Origin: Octopus sinensis
Lineage: Eukaryota
Length of the DNA stretch: 64,000 bases
Direction: 5' to 3'
Assembly: GCF_006345805.1 (NCBI RefSeq)
Contig: NC_042997.1
Location: forward strand, 74,462,001-74,526,000
In this document: positions 12,111 through 24,500 of the stretch, in pieces
Position numbering within the stretch: position 1 is the first letter of the stretch
Layout: each line of letters opens with the position of its first letter
Translations under genes and position numbers: made by a program
Notes under the pieces: generated by a model
The model's input: only the letters and a program-made list of their open reading frames with translations
What the model was told of the DNA's origin: nothing
Databases searched by the model: none

Positions 12111-12539
12111 ATACTATTGAAAAGGTTGCAAGAAGCAACAAAAATTTTAGGAAAATAAAAATAGGTAAATAAGTGGAAATTTTACTGGTGAGTGTGTTAG
12201 ATTATAAAGCACAAAAGGAAAATTACTCTCCTCAGACACAACAGAATACATTTTTTATGTTTTCCATAAAGTTTTCACAGGTCAAGCTAGTTGACTATTA
12301 TTACAAAAGCTTTTCTGAGATATGTTAAAATGCTTGAAAAATGTCAAAATACTATTTTTTGAAGATATACATCTCCTGCAAAACAGGGAGTGTTTCTAAA
12401 CAAAAATACTACCACCATAGTCCAGACAATGTTAACAACAAATAAAATGAATGAACATAGGCTTAACAGGCAGAAAAGATTGGAAATCTCTCACAGCCTA
12501 TGAAGCTCCAAGTTACCATGTCTTGACCACCATCATCAT

Positions 12540-12593
12540 TCTACTATTACTACTACTACTACTAATACTAATACTAATAATAATAATAAAATA

Positions 12594-12642
<49 letters not shown>

Positions 12643-12644
12643 GG

Positions 12645-12694
<50 letters not shown>

Positions 12695-12731
12695 GGTGGT
12701 GGTGGTGATGATGATGATGATGATGATGATG

Positions 12732-12795
<64 letters not shown>
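12540..12795. repeat. Compound trinucleotide microsatellite (TAC)(TAA)(GAT)(GGT)(GAT)(TAA)
   Basis: Direct reading. Confidence 0.97.
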
Positions 12796-12809
12796 TTTCA
12801 AATTTTGGT

Positions 12810-13280
12810 AAAAGGCCAGCAATTTCGGGAGACAGGTAAGTTGATTACATCAACTCCAGTGTTCAACTGCTACTTATTTTATCAATCCCAAAAAGGATGA
12901 AAGGTGAAGTTAACATTGACAGAATTTGGATCCAGAACATAAAGACGGATGAAATGCCACCAAGTATTTTGCCCAATGTGCTAACAGTTCAGCTAGCTCA
13001 CCTGATGCCACTGCCACTATGGCTATGATGATGATGACAGCAACAGCAATGCCGATGACAACAACAACAAACTTCAAACAGATTCAAACCCAGAAATTTG
13101 GGGACAGTGTTGTTTGTCAATTATATTGACCTCAGTACTTGACTGTTACTTTATTTTATTAATCTTGGATGAATGGAAACTAAAATTGACTTAATTGGTA
13201 TTCTGGACTTAGAACAGAAAGATCTGGAACAGCTACTGCAAGACCTTTTTTCAATGTTCTAACAACTCTGCCAATCTAAA
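12810..13280 (-). mobile_element. Two degenerate SINEs (Nin/Deu-domain-like)
   Basis: Reverse complement of the ctttcatcctttcggggttgataaa...gtaccagttgaacactgggg core seen at 20265-20733. Confidence 0.6.
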
Positions 13281-13529
13281 AGCCTTTAAAAATAACACTG
13301 AAAGTATATGAAGAGGATGTGGTAGAAATTTTGTAACACATAAGAACAGCTGCTGCATAAGGTAAACATAGAAAAGGAGAGTTAACAGAGATCTGTTTTA
13401 GGATTTAGTTAAGGAGAAAATAGTCTTAACAATACAAATGCAAAAATATAATATCAGAGAGGAAAATCTATGATAAAACCATTAATTAAATCAAACACTG
13501 TTCAAATTTTACTCCCAAAGTTAGCTTAC

Positions 13530-13835
13530 CTCAGGCATGTTCATGTCATCCACAAAATAGATAAGTTGCTTATTGCCAATAGGTCCATAATTACGACCAG
13601 CTTTCTTCTCTAAAGGTTTTTCCAGGATATCCTGCAGCAACTGAGATGTTGTGTAGAAATTAAAAGGTACATTGACAGTCATGTAGGTTTCTGGTAATGA
13701 TATCAGCTTATCCTGCATGAGGACAGATTTACCACTTCCAGCTGTACCAACAAGCATCACAGGTCGTTTGGCAGTAATGAGAATATCCAAGAAGTATCGA
13801 ATACATGTAGTTTCAGTTATTGGCACCAATGTAGA
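13530..13835 (-). CDS. DNAH9/DNAH17-like: Axonemal dynein heavy chain exon (AAA3, Walker A GTAGSGKS)
   Basis: ttttag|TCT ACA TTG...ATG CCT GAG|gtaagc; [15 protein letters not shown]...PFNFYTTS...[13 protein letters not shown]...[10 protein letters not shown]. Confidence 0.95.
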
Positions 13836-14129
13836 CTAAAACAACAGAAATATTAAAAATCTCATTACCAAACTGAACACCTTTAAGATAAAATACCTGC
13901 TAAAATCAATCTTCTTCCATTTCTATATGAGTGATATCTTATTACTTATAAAAAGAGGTTGAAAAGAGAGAAGTGTTCAAGTCAAGAAAAGAGATGGAGA
14001 AATGTGGAAGGGCAGTAAGAGAGAGAGAAGAACTTTCTTTTCCTTCTTTATCACATTCATTCTTCTGTTTTCTCATCACTCCCTCTTGCAAACACACACA
14101 CAGCATGTCAACCAGTCAACTTTTTAAGC

Positions 14130-14560
14130 TAAAACTAACTGGAAAACTGAACTATCCCCATCTTTTAAATTCTGAGCAGATGATAATTTTTAATTGGGGT
14201 TATATTTAATAATTATAAAAATTAATGTTTAAATTCACCTCTAATTAATGTCACTCTTATGAACTTCAAAGATATAGTATTTGACTTGTTGAAAAATTAC
14301 TACCTCATAGCATTCAGGTTATTATTTTGACTGGTTGTTCTATGTGAGAAGATGCCTTTATAGTCTGACTATAAAGGCATCTTCTCACCATCTGACTCAA
14401 AAATACCTAACTTATATATAAAAGGCTGCCATTTCATAAAATTCAACTTTGCTGTCCCCATAAATAAATCACAGGGTCAAATTTTATCTGTTGCTGGGGA
14501 TAACTTTTTGCTGCATGAATGAGAATTGGAAGGTAATACATTTTTTTCTTATGCTCCAGG
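14130..14560 (+). pseudogene. Helitron PIF1-like helicase remnant
   Basis: EKLLPHSIQVIILTGCSM*EDAFI...PSD...FNFAVPINKSQGQILSVAG matches the Helitron IEATILTG..GEDVFI...FAMTINKSQGQTL motifs. Confidence 0.65.
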
Positions 14561-15721
14561 AAATTGTTTATGAATAAGACAAAAGATGATATAGTGCAGA
14601 AAAATGACAAGCCTACAAATAATACATGAATTGTTTCATGTTTTGTATAGCAAAACCATTTTATATATGTTTCTACTTGAGTAACACTGGATAAGCCAAT
14701 GAGCAAGGCTCTACAGGGTATCATGACTTGTCAAAAATACCAAAATCTATTTCAAAATATTCTACTGCATTATGATCCAAAGAGATACCACTCTGTGGTA
14801 TCTAAACATGACAAATATCATCCAAATCTTACATCAATCACAACTAGCATGTATTAGGCAATGAGGAAGACTTAACTATTATAATTAGACCCGATAAGAA
14901 TAGCAACTTAAACGACACACACACAGTGGTAGTAAGATAAAGGCTTCTGAATGAAAAAGTACATGAAAACTGTTGAAGAAAATGAAGCAAATATGTTCAG
15001 CTAGATGTGTTATGTTAGCAGAATAAAAATCATAGTACAAATGGGCTGAGAAAAAACAACGAAAAAAAAAACGCCCTGAGTAAAAGACTAGTACATATGC
15101 ATATAAATTATGACAGATGGATAAAGGAATATGGATGAGAAAATAAGCATGCTTAAAGTGAAACAACTCAGTGGTAGGTAAACAAAGGTATTAACAAATA
15201 GAAGAGGGGAAATGGAAAGACAGAGGTAGGAGTGGTGAAAACTAACTTCAGAATGTTGAATCTCACAAGAATCAAAACTATGTTAGAGAGAACCTATGTA
15301 ACACTTGCAAGCATAGTGAAGTGAGCATAAAAATGAATTAAAGGAAGTCATTATGATGTAGTTAGACTTGATAGAAACCACTGCCTTATTCTATCTCCCT
15401 AAATTCATATTCTATACATATATATACATGTGCCAATGAGGGAGACCTCCATATGGTTGCTAGATATTGTAGAAATAGCAGTCAAATTATCTTCAAACTT
15501 CTTGCTTTATGTTACTTTGATACAATACTACAGTTGAATACTTCAGCCAGTGGGTTTATATTTTTCAGAGATTTAGTTATTTATCCTAGGAGGGTCACAG
15601 CCACAACCTAGTGGTAGGATCAGAATTAGGTTTAGGTAAAAGAATATATGAATTGTTGGAACAATTATTCTTAAAGATGGAAGCTTCTACATACAGGAAT
15701 AGGCTTCTACATACAGGAATA

Positions 15722-16132
15722 GGCACAGGAGTGGCTGTGTGGTAAGTAGCTTGTTTACCAACCACATGGTTCCGGGTTCAGTCCCACTGTGTGGCTCCTT
15801 GGGCAAGTGTCTTCTACTATAGCCTTGGACCGACCAAAGCCTTGTGAGTGGATTTGGTAGACGGAAACTGAAAGAAGCCTGTCGTATATATGTATATATA
15901 TATATATGCGTGTGTGTGTTTGTGTGTCTGTGTTTGGCCCCCTAGCATTGCTTGACAACCGATGCTGGTGTGGTTATGTCCCCGTTACTTAGCAGTTCGG
16001 CAAAAGAGACCGATAGAATAAGTACTGGGCTTACAAAAGAATAAGTCCCGGGGTCGAGTTGCTCGACTAAAGGCGGTGCTCCAGCATAGCCGCAGTCAAA
16101 TGACTGAAACAAGTAAAAAGAGTAAAAAAGAA
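15722..16132 (+). mobile_element. tRNA-derived SINE, near full length
   Basis: A-box TGGCTGTGTGG, B-box GGTTCAGTCCC, core ccttgggcaagtgtcttctactatagcc, A-rich tail. Confidence 0.8.
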
Positions 16133-16449
16133 AAATACAGATTACCACTCAGTCATAACATTTTAGGAACAACTACTGAGATAGTGTAAGATATCACATC
16201 TTGCACATCAATGCAGTAGTTTTAATGCAGTTTTAATTTAAAACCAAGTGAGTTGTAGACGAGCACCTTAAACTTACAGCAACTGCACATACCATATGCT
16301 TTCAAATGCAAAAATTAAAAATGTATAAAAGGTGCTAAAGAACATAGTAACTAAACAGTTAATGTATTTAGTTAAAAGTGCAATATTATAAAAGGAATGT
16401 TTTATATTATAAAAGGAATGTAAGATGTTTAAATGAAAGCTAATCATAC

Positions 16450-16623
16450 CTTGAGAGGAATATCTGGATCAAACTCAAATGGATTCACTTTCTTAGACCA
16501 GTGCTCAAATTTTTTTGTCTCTGAATCAATGAAGTAATCAAACACAGTACCTTGGGCAGGAAACTTTATTGATTTGAATTCTGTTATCCACCACTTTGAA
16601 AATTCATTCCTATAGTCCACAAG
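16450..16623 (-). CDS. DNAH9/DNAH17-like: Axonemal dynein heavy chain exon
   Basis: ttttag|CTT GTG GAC...CCT CTC AAG|gtatga; LVDYRNEFSKWWITEFKSIKFPAQGTVFDYFID...FEFDPDIPLK; 174 bp, phase 0/0. Confidence 0.95.
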
Positions 16624-17204
16624 CTAAAATACAATTTATATCATGATATTACTATCTGAACAAAAACCCATCTTTATCATGATTATCATATGATGATAGT
16701 AGTAATGTTGAAAGTAATGATGTTGATGTTAGAGAGAGATTTTGATGTGAAGTTATGCCTTTCATTTCCTATGAATTGTCTCAGAAAATGCAATATTTTA
16801 AATGTATCCTCTTGTATTTAAAAATAGTTAACCCATTAGCATTTAAGCCAGCCATATCAGGCACAGATATTCTATCTGTTTTATGTTCAAATTGGCTAGA
16901 TCCAGCCTTCTACACCTATCTTACAAAGGTATTCTAAAAATAGACCATTACATCATTGAAATCTGAAAAGCTATGAGATAATACATGATATTTTCAAATC
17001 AATGTAAATAAATAAACATTATATTTGATAGAGTTATCTTAAAACAAAAGGATTAAAAGTGCTTTGTTTCTTCTCTAAATAAAGGTTTCTAGAAGTTTTT
17101 TAAACAAATTGTTTTATGCATACTTTTTAGTTACTGTCATTGACTGCTATTAATTAGATTAAAAGTAGATGAGGTCAGTCAAGCAAGGAAGCAGAAAATT
17201 TTAC

Positions 17205-17487
17205 CTGGTCACGAAACATGGTACTTCCAAAAGCCCATATACATGCAAACACAAAATAATACTCATAGACTTCTTTGGTTGAATCTGGTGGTACATTATG
17301 TGGTGTGATTAAGCATTCCAGTAAATAGCACAGCATTTGCACATGACTAAATTCTGTGATTGGAATAATTTTTTTAAACCGAATTCGCAAAATATCCAAG
17401 CAAGGAGGTATATACTTATCAAAAAGTATTGTCAAAATGGCTTTCTCTGATTGTATTTCTCTAGCATCAACCCAACTTTGAACATAG
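17205..17487 (-). CDS. DNAH9/DNAH17-like: Axonemal dynein heavy chain exon
   Basis: ttttcag|C TAT GTT CAA AGT TGG...GAC CAG|gtaa; [25 protein letters not shown]...[11 protein letters not shown]. Confidence 0.95.
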
Positions 17488-18099
17488 CTGAAAAATAAAT
17501 AAGTAAATTAATTTTGTTTGAAATTTATAGAATGTATAAATGTGAAACAAAATTTGTTCTAAACTTCAATAAATTATTAAAAAAAATATACATATAATCT
17601 CTTTTATCTCACCACTGCTGGCAAAACCATCATCTACAAGACAACAGTGTCTTCTTAAATGAGAGGTATTGCATAAATCATTTCAATATGATTAATAACT
17701 ATCAGTAACATCTGCATGTGTGTGCAGATGTAAATGTATTTGTTCAGAAATGCACATATGCATTAGCATGCAAGTGTGTGTGTATGTAAATCTGTATGTG
17801 TGCATGTACATGTGCATAAGTGCTTTAAGCCAAATCAAAGATTTGGTCAGTGATTTATGTTTTATCTTTTTCTTCTTAGTGTTACAATTTTTTTGGCACT
17901 ATTCATTTGCAGTACTTACCCCACCAGAGTAAAGAGGTATCTCTCTACCAAGTCTGACTTTGTCTGAAGAAGCAGCTGAATGCAGTGGAAACTCCACTGG
18001 ATTGGCCAAAGAAATTATATATATCTATATTTACATTCAAGCCAACAGTGACAAATCAATTTGAATTCAGAGATTTATTCTCCAATATTGGTTTTCCTA

Positions 18100-19340
18100 A
18101 TCATGACTTCATTTCAAAACAGAAGCCCAATCTACCCCCATTGTTTCTGTGAATGGAACAAAAGTCATAGACACTTTCGTTTACCTTGGAAGCACACTAT
18201 CAAGAGATGGTGGTTTTGATTCAGAGGTATACTATCAAATAGGGAAAAGAAGTGTTGTATTTGGAAAACTGGAAAAACAAGTATGGGTGGATAGAGGTAT
18301 ATCCTTGCAGACAAAATTCAGTGTCTATAAAATGTGTGTGTTGACTGCACTTCTTTATTCAAGTGAGATGTGGACCTCTCACAGGCATCATATGAAAATG
18401 CTCGAGAAATTTCGCTAAAAGTGCCTGACGTATCTTGAGAGTCAAGTGGGAATGTTTCATACTTCGGAAGTTTTGCACATGGTACATTGTGACTCAATTG
18501 AACATGTCATCCTGGCTCAAATGAGATAGGCAGGACATGTTATTAGAATGAAAGATGGGCGATTGCTAAACTATCTTTTTTATGGTGGGCTCAACTCTGG
18601 TAAGCAATCGCAACATCAGCCAAGGACAACATACAAAGACTGTGTGAAGGAAAGCCTGAGGAATCTATTGGGTTGGTGCATAATTATTGCAGCTTTTTTT
18701 TGGTGCATAATTATTGCAGCAAATTTTATTCAACAAAAACAATAACGATATTTAACAAAAACATCTTTAAATGACAGTCTGACCATCTGCCAAGCAAATG
18801 GGAAGCAGTAATTGAAGTAGATGGTGAATATGCTCCGGAATAATCACTTAAAAATGTTTTTGTTACATATTGTTATTGTTTTTGTTGAAAAAAGCTGTAA
18901 TAATTATGCATCAACCCAATAGATATGAACATGAGTGATTGGGAAACTGATGCTCTGGAACGGAACAAATGGAAAGATACTGTTAGGACTGGTTGCAACA
19001 GCTGGGAAGAAAAGATGATTCAGTGCTCTGAACTTAAAAGGGACTGTCAGAAAGAAACAATTGGAACTGAAATCAACAGTGGATATATATGTATTATGTG
19101 TCATCATGTTTTGTTGTCGAAAGCAGGATACATGAATCATATGAAATCACATGAAAATCGAAATGCCCAACCATCACTTACAACTTGTGTCATATGTCAC
19201 AAAACTTGTGATAATATCTGGACTTAAAAGACATATGCTAGTTCACAAAAACATTCCTTCAGAATCAGATTCCAAAGGGCAAAGATGTAGAAGAAATTTG
19301 AGTAATATCTGTCACGACAGCTATCAACTGTTAAGATGAA
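18100..19340 (+). mobile_element. RTE (BovB-like) LINE 3' part with C-terminal C2H2 zinc fingers
   Basis: FVYLGSTLS...LLYSSEMW; DWETDALERNKW; CIMCHHVLLSKAGYMNHMKSH; CVICHK. Confidence 0.8.
18668..18919. mobile_element. Mariner-type MITE inside the RTE
   Basis: TIR TTGGGTTGGTGCATAATT / AATTATGCATCAACCCAA; TA TSD; removal restores the RTE reading RNLDMNMSDW. Confidence 0.85.
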
Positions 19341-20264
19341 GCAATCATATGTATGTGTGTGTGTGTATACAAGTACATGGTATCAGGTTCAGTCCCACTG
19401 TGTAGCACCTTGAGCAAGTGTTTCTTGCTATAACACCAAACTGACAAAAGCCTTGTGAGTGGATTAGATTTATAGAAACTGAAAAACACCTGATGTATGT
19501 ATATATGTATCAGTGTTTAACATCCACCTTCCATGCTGGCATGGGTGGGAATGTGTGTGTATGTATAATGTATATATTTATGCATTTGTTTATGTTTGTG
19601 TCCCTTTCTCTTGACACTATATAATTATTGCAAGTGAATGTCATACATTTCCAATATACAGTGTATATACATATCTGGTCATGGGGAAGTATTATCTTGT
19701 TTAGAAGCAGGTGAATGTTGGTGAAGGGAAGGGCATCAAGTCATACAGAATCTGCCTCTCAAAACTCAATTCAACACATGTAAGCATGGAAAAGTGATTG
19801 TTAAAACAATTTAATATTCTATTATCTATATATAGCAGTTCTTGATTTCTTCCTTTTTGCTCCTCTGGCAATAGATTCTCTTTTTGCAGAAAATTATATA
19901 ATTCATCTGTAAGTTACAACTTACAAGAGTAATAGTAAGCAATTAATAGGTCTATAATTGGTGACTTCCCCTCTCTTTTCTTTGTCTTTCTGCATCAGCA
20001 CTGTCTTTCCTGTTATCATCCATGTTGGTGTTCCATTTTCTAAGCAGTCAATAAAAAACCTGCTCATATATAACTGTGTATACTTGAGAAATTCTTGAAC
20101 CAGAAACCTTGGACACCATCAGTTAGGTATTTTCTTGATCATCTCTTTTACTTTCTTATCCATGATTGTTATATTTTCTTGTGTCACTACATCTTCAATT
20201 TCTCTTAAAATCTTTCTGCTTTTATATTATGTCGTACTTATTGTTATTACTAATATTCTTATTT

Positions 20265-20733
20265 AAGGTGGTGAGCTGGCAAAATCATTAGCACACTGGG
20301 ACAAATACTTGACAGCATTTTGTTCGCCTTGACATTCTGAGTTCAAATTCCACCAAGGTTGACTTTGCCTTTCATCCTTTCGGGGTTGATAAATTATGTA
20401 CCAGTTGAACACTGGGGTTGATGTAAATCGATTGATTTACCCTCTCTCCAAATTTGCTAGCCTTGTGCCAAAATTAGAAACTATTATTATTATTATTATT
20501 TATAATAATAATAATTAAGGTGATGAGCTGTCAGAATGGTTAGCACACCAGGAAAAATGCTTAGTGGCATTTTGTCCATCTTTATATCCTGAGTTCAAAT
20601 TCCACCATCATCAACTTAGCTTTTCATCCTCTTGAGGGTTGATAAAATAAGTACCAGTTAAGTAGTGGGGTCAATGTAATCGATTAGCACCCCTCCCCTA
20701 AAATTTCAGGCCTTGTGCCTATAGTAGAAAGGA
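20265..20733 (+). mobile_element. Two tandem SINEs (Nin/Deu-domain-like)
   Basis: Each has ttaaggtg(g/a)tgagctg 5' end, GAGTTCAAATTCC B-box, tttcatcct...ggttgataaa...gtaccagtt core and a (TTA)/(TTG) tail. Confidence 0.75.
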
Positions 20734-20759
20734 TTGTTGTTGTTGTTGTTGTTGTTATT

Positions 20760-21500
20760 ATTATTATTATATGTTTGACTTTTGCTTTACATTTGCACAA
20801 GCTGGCTCCAAGTCTCACCCAGAGACCTCAAGAGACAAGCTGGAAGTTCATGTTGGTGTTATGCCTAGGGTGCCATATATTTGGTTTTGTACTTAGTGTT
20901 GTACTAGTGAATGCCTAAAAAAACCATACGAAAATTATATTTGTTTTAAAACTTGAGATTATAAAGAAAGTATTTTGCGTAGGATATGAGCAGTTCCCAT
21001 GAGCACTATCTTTTGAATTTCTGCCATTTTGGGGTTTCCTGGTATCTGAGTTAGGTAGCAATCAGCCCCTTTTGCTATCATTCCCAGGGCACCTATGACA
21101 ACAGGTATTGTTTCAGTCTTCAGGTTCCACATTTTGCTGATTTCTATTTCACGATCTTTATATTTGCTCAGTTTCTGGTAGGTCTTGACAGATACGTTTA
21201 TATCGATTGGGACAGTCATATCAATGAGGAGGCATGTTTTTTGTCTGAAGTCTTTTACTATGATGTCTGGCCTATCTGTGTCTATCTTCCTGTCAGTTAG
21301 AATGGTGAAGTTCCAGAGGAGTGAGATGTGGTCATTTTCAAGCACTGGAGTTGGTTTGTGTTCCCACCAGTTTTTTTCATGGGGCAAGTCCAGGCTTCTG
21401 CAAATTACCCAGTGAATATATTGTGCAGCTCTATTATGCCTGTTGAGATACTCTGTACGCGCAAGAAGACTGCACTTGGAGACAACATGATCAATGGTTT
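20760..21500 (-). mobile_element. R4/Dong-like LINE 3' end (restriction-like endonuclease)
   Basis: IDHVVSKC...RHNRAAQYIHW; RPDIIVKD...LIDMTVP...KLSKY...PVVIGALG; ends in (TAA)n(CAA)n. Confidence 0.85.
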
Positions 21501-21504
21501 CATT

Positions 21505-24500
21505 TTGTTGTTGACATACATGACATCAACAACAACAACAACAACGACAACACACATTCACAACAACAAACAACAACAACACTTTCGACACCACTACTGC
21601 CACTGCCAAACACACAAACACACACAGATGCACTTACATCAATAAATACAAGAAACCAGGAACTGGCTGAGTATTTGAAAAACACAACCAGTACAAGTAT
21701 AACAGATTTTGTTATACCAAGACACAACACACCACCAGCACACATTCTCACAATAAAAATAAACACAAAAACATACAACGAAATTAAACAAATATTCCCT
21801 AACGATGTGGGATCGTTAGGGAAAAGTTTCTCTAAGAAACTGTACAAAAATATAGTGGAAGCACCCGTGCAAAAGCACAAGGGAGCCACCCCCACCACAA
21901 ACAACAGTAAGTAGAGCCTTTTTCTTCCCCCTTTTTTTTTTTCTTTTTTTTTACCCTTACTTTTGAAGTATGGCAAATCTTAGAATCGGTTGCTTGAATG
22001 TGAGAGGCCTCGGGTCACCTTGGAAACAGGGTCACCTGTTAAACGACCTGAGGTTTCATGATGTGGATGTAGCAGCCATCAGTGAAACCAGGCTCTCCGA
22101 CCCGCAGGAACTCGCAGCCCTTTTCGGCGGATACGAGATATTTCTATCTCCGTGTCGGCCGGGAGCGGGCGGTGGTGGTACTGCGGTGTTGTTTCGGAAG
22201 GGCCTGGACTTGAAAATAAGGACAGTCTTCTTGGATCCGGAAGGTAAGTTGGTGGTCCTCGACGTGGACGGTAGTGACGGCGGTGCTTTCAGACTGCTGG
22301 CTGCCTACGCTCCGACAGGAGCAGGGCAATCGGATTATTTCAAACGTCTGGAAGTTTTCCTGGAAACGTCACGCACTCTAGTGCTAGTTGGGGATTGGAA
22401 CGCAGTCTTAGACGAACGTTTCGATCGGGTGGGCAGAGGGGGAGAGGGGGGGTGCAAGAGGGGGAGAGGGGGAGGGTGCAAGAGCCTCGCCAACCTATTC
22501 GGCCGCTTTCAGCTGTCCGACAGGTTTCGACTAGACAACCCGAATGTGCCAATGTGGACTTGGACCAATCGCATCGGGTCGTCTAGATCGTACTTAGATA
22601 GAATGTTTTGTAGGCCAGCGGATAAGGACAGCGTAGGGTGTCCACAATTCCACCTAGTCGAATATACGGACCACTAATTAGTGATCTGTACGGTCGACTT
22701 AGAATAGGCTACATAGACAGGGACCCGGCTACTGGAAGCTGAACGCGTCGTTAACGGCGTGCAAAGCTTACAGAGACCGGATTAGTTTACTAGTTAAGCG
22801 GGCGCTCACGGGGGCAATCATCAACAACAGCTGGTGGTTTGCCCTCAAGAGAGCAATTAGAGTAGAGTCGATTAGGTATAGTAAGACTCTAGCTATTGAA
22901 CGTAGGAAGAGAGAGCGGGATTTAGTTAAGAAACTAGACGAGGCTCTTGACACTGGCATCGCGACCGACGTGTTGGCCAACACTTCGACGACAAACACGA
23001 AGGCTGCATTGTCAGAGCTAAGGCACGTTCGCTAAGCGGGGAGGGGACTAGAGCCGCTCAATGGGCCCGCGTGGCGGAGGCGAAGCGAGGCAACAAAGCA
23101 ACCATTCGGTCTTTGGTGGACCAGAACGGGCGCGAGGTTACCGAACTGAAGCAGATGTGTACGGTGCTTCAGCGGCACTTTGCTCAACTGTTTGGGATGA
23201 GCGGTGGAACGGACAATGGTGCAGACTTCGGTGTGTACCTGGACGGCCTACCGCAACTCTCGGACAGCGAGGCAGAGTGCTGCGAAGGAGCGATATCTGC
23301 CTGGGAAGTGGGAGAAGCGATGAAGAGTTGCACGAGAGGTAGATCGCCGGGTTTGGATGGTCTGCCCTACGAGCTTTACTTTTCAATGCCAGACTTGTTT
23401 GCGGGCCTGTTGGCAAACGTCTACTGCAACTGGCAGCAAAACGGGAGAATTCCTGCTTTTGTCTGTCGAGGGGTGGTGGCTTTGCTGAAGAAGGACCCAA
23501 ACAAGGGGGACGTTATAGGGAATTTCCAGCCCATCACTCTGCTCAATGCAGAGTTGAAGATTTTGGCCAAGGTGCTAGCCAAGAGATTGGCACTTGTCGT
23601 GGACAAGCTGGTCGGCAAGACGCAGACATGCGCCGTGCCGACCAGGTCGATACACGACAACCTCCATCTCATGCGCTACATCATAGAGAGGGTGGGTAAC
23701 GACGCTGGCGCGGGTGGGCCTTTGATCAACTTGGATCAGAGTAAAGCCTTCGATAGGGTCGACCATCGGTACCTGGCAGCTGTCCTCAAGGCAGCCGGCT
23801 TCGGTCCAGTCTTCCGCAGGTGGATCGCTGCTTTATACAGCAACATCTGCTCGGTGATACGGGTGAACGGTCACCTTTCGGAACCGTTCGACATCTCGCG
23901 TTCGGTCCACCAAGGATGCCCTCTCTCCTCCCTCTTGTACATTTTGACTCTCGAGCCATTACTGCGCAAGTTGGAGGCTTTGAGGGGTATCCCGCGCGAT
24001 CTAGGAGGCGGAAACAGCGTGTCTGCTTATGCCGACGACGTCACCGTGGTGGTGACGAGCCACAGGCACATTGGCCTGATTGGCGAGACACTAAACCAGT
24101 ACGAAGTGGTGACAGGGGCAAAAATTAACGCGGAAAAGTCTGTGGGCTTGCAACTGGGCACCTGGAGAGGCAAGCCCATGCCGTCCAACAGCGTCGTAGG
24201 GCACTGGACAGACGGACCCGTTAAACTGCTCGGGGTCTGGTTCGGTCCGGACCTCCAGGTGGATAAGAACTGGGAAGAGGTGACGAGCAGGGTGGCACGT
24301 CTCACCCAGAAATGGGCCGAGAGGAAGCTGTCTCTGAAAGGTCGAGCGGAGGTGGCGAATGCGTACATCGCATCCGTCATCTATTACCGCTTGACCGTCA
24401 TCCCTTGTCCCGACCGCTGGTTGGCCAACCTGGTACGCCTGCTCTTCGACTTTTTGTGGAAGGGTCAGGTGCCACTGGTCAGGCGATCCATCTGCTGTCA

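Noticed and set aside
1-13500. Next dynein exon (expected VD.YGTVQPH...HW)
   Set aside because: Not found by eye; it probably lies beyond the left edge. The preceding exon was likewise not found in 60168-64000.
15722-15800. tRNA gene
   Set aside because: A and B boxes are present, but it continues into a SINE core with no cloverleaf.
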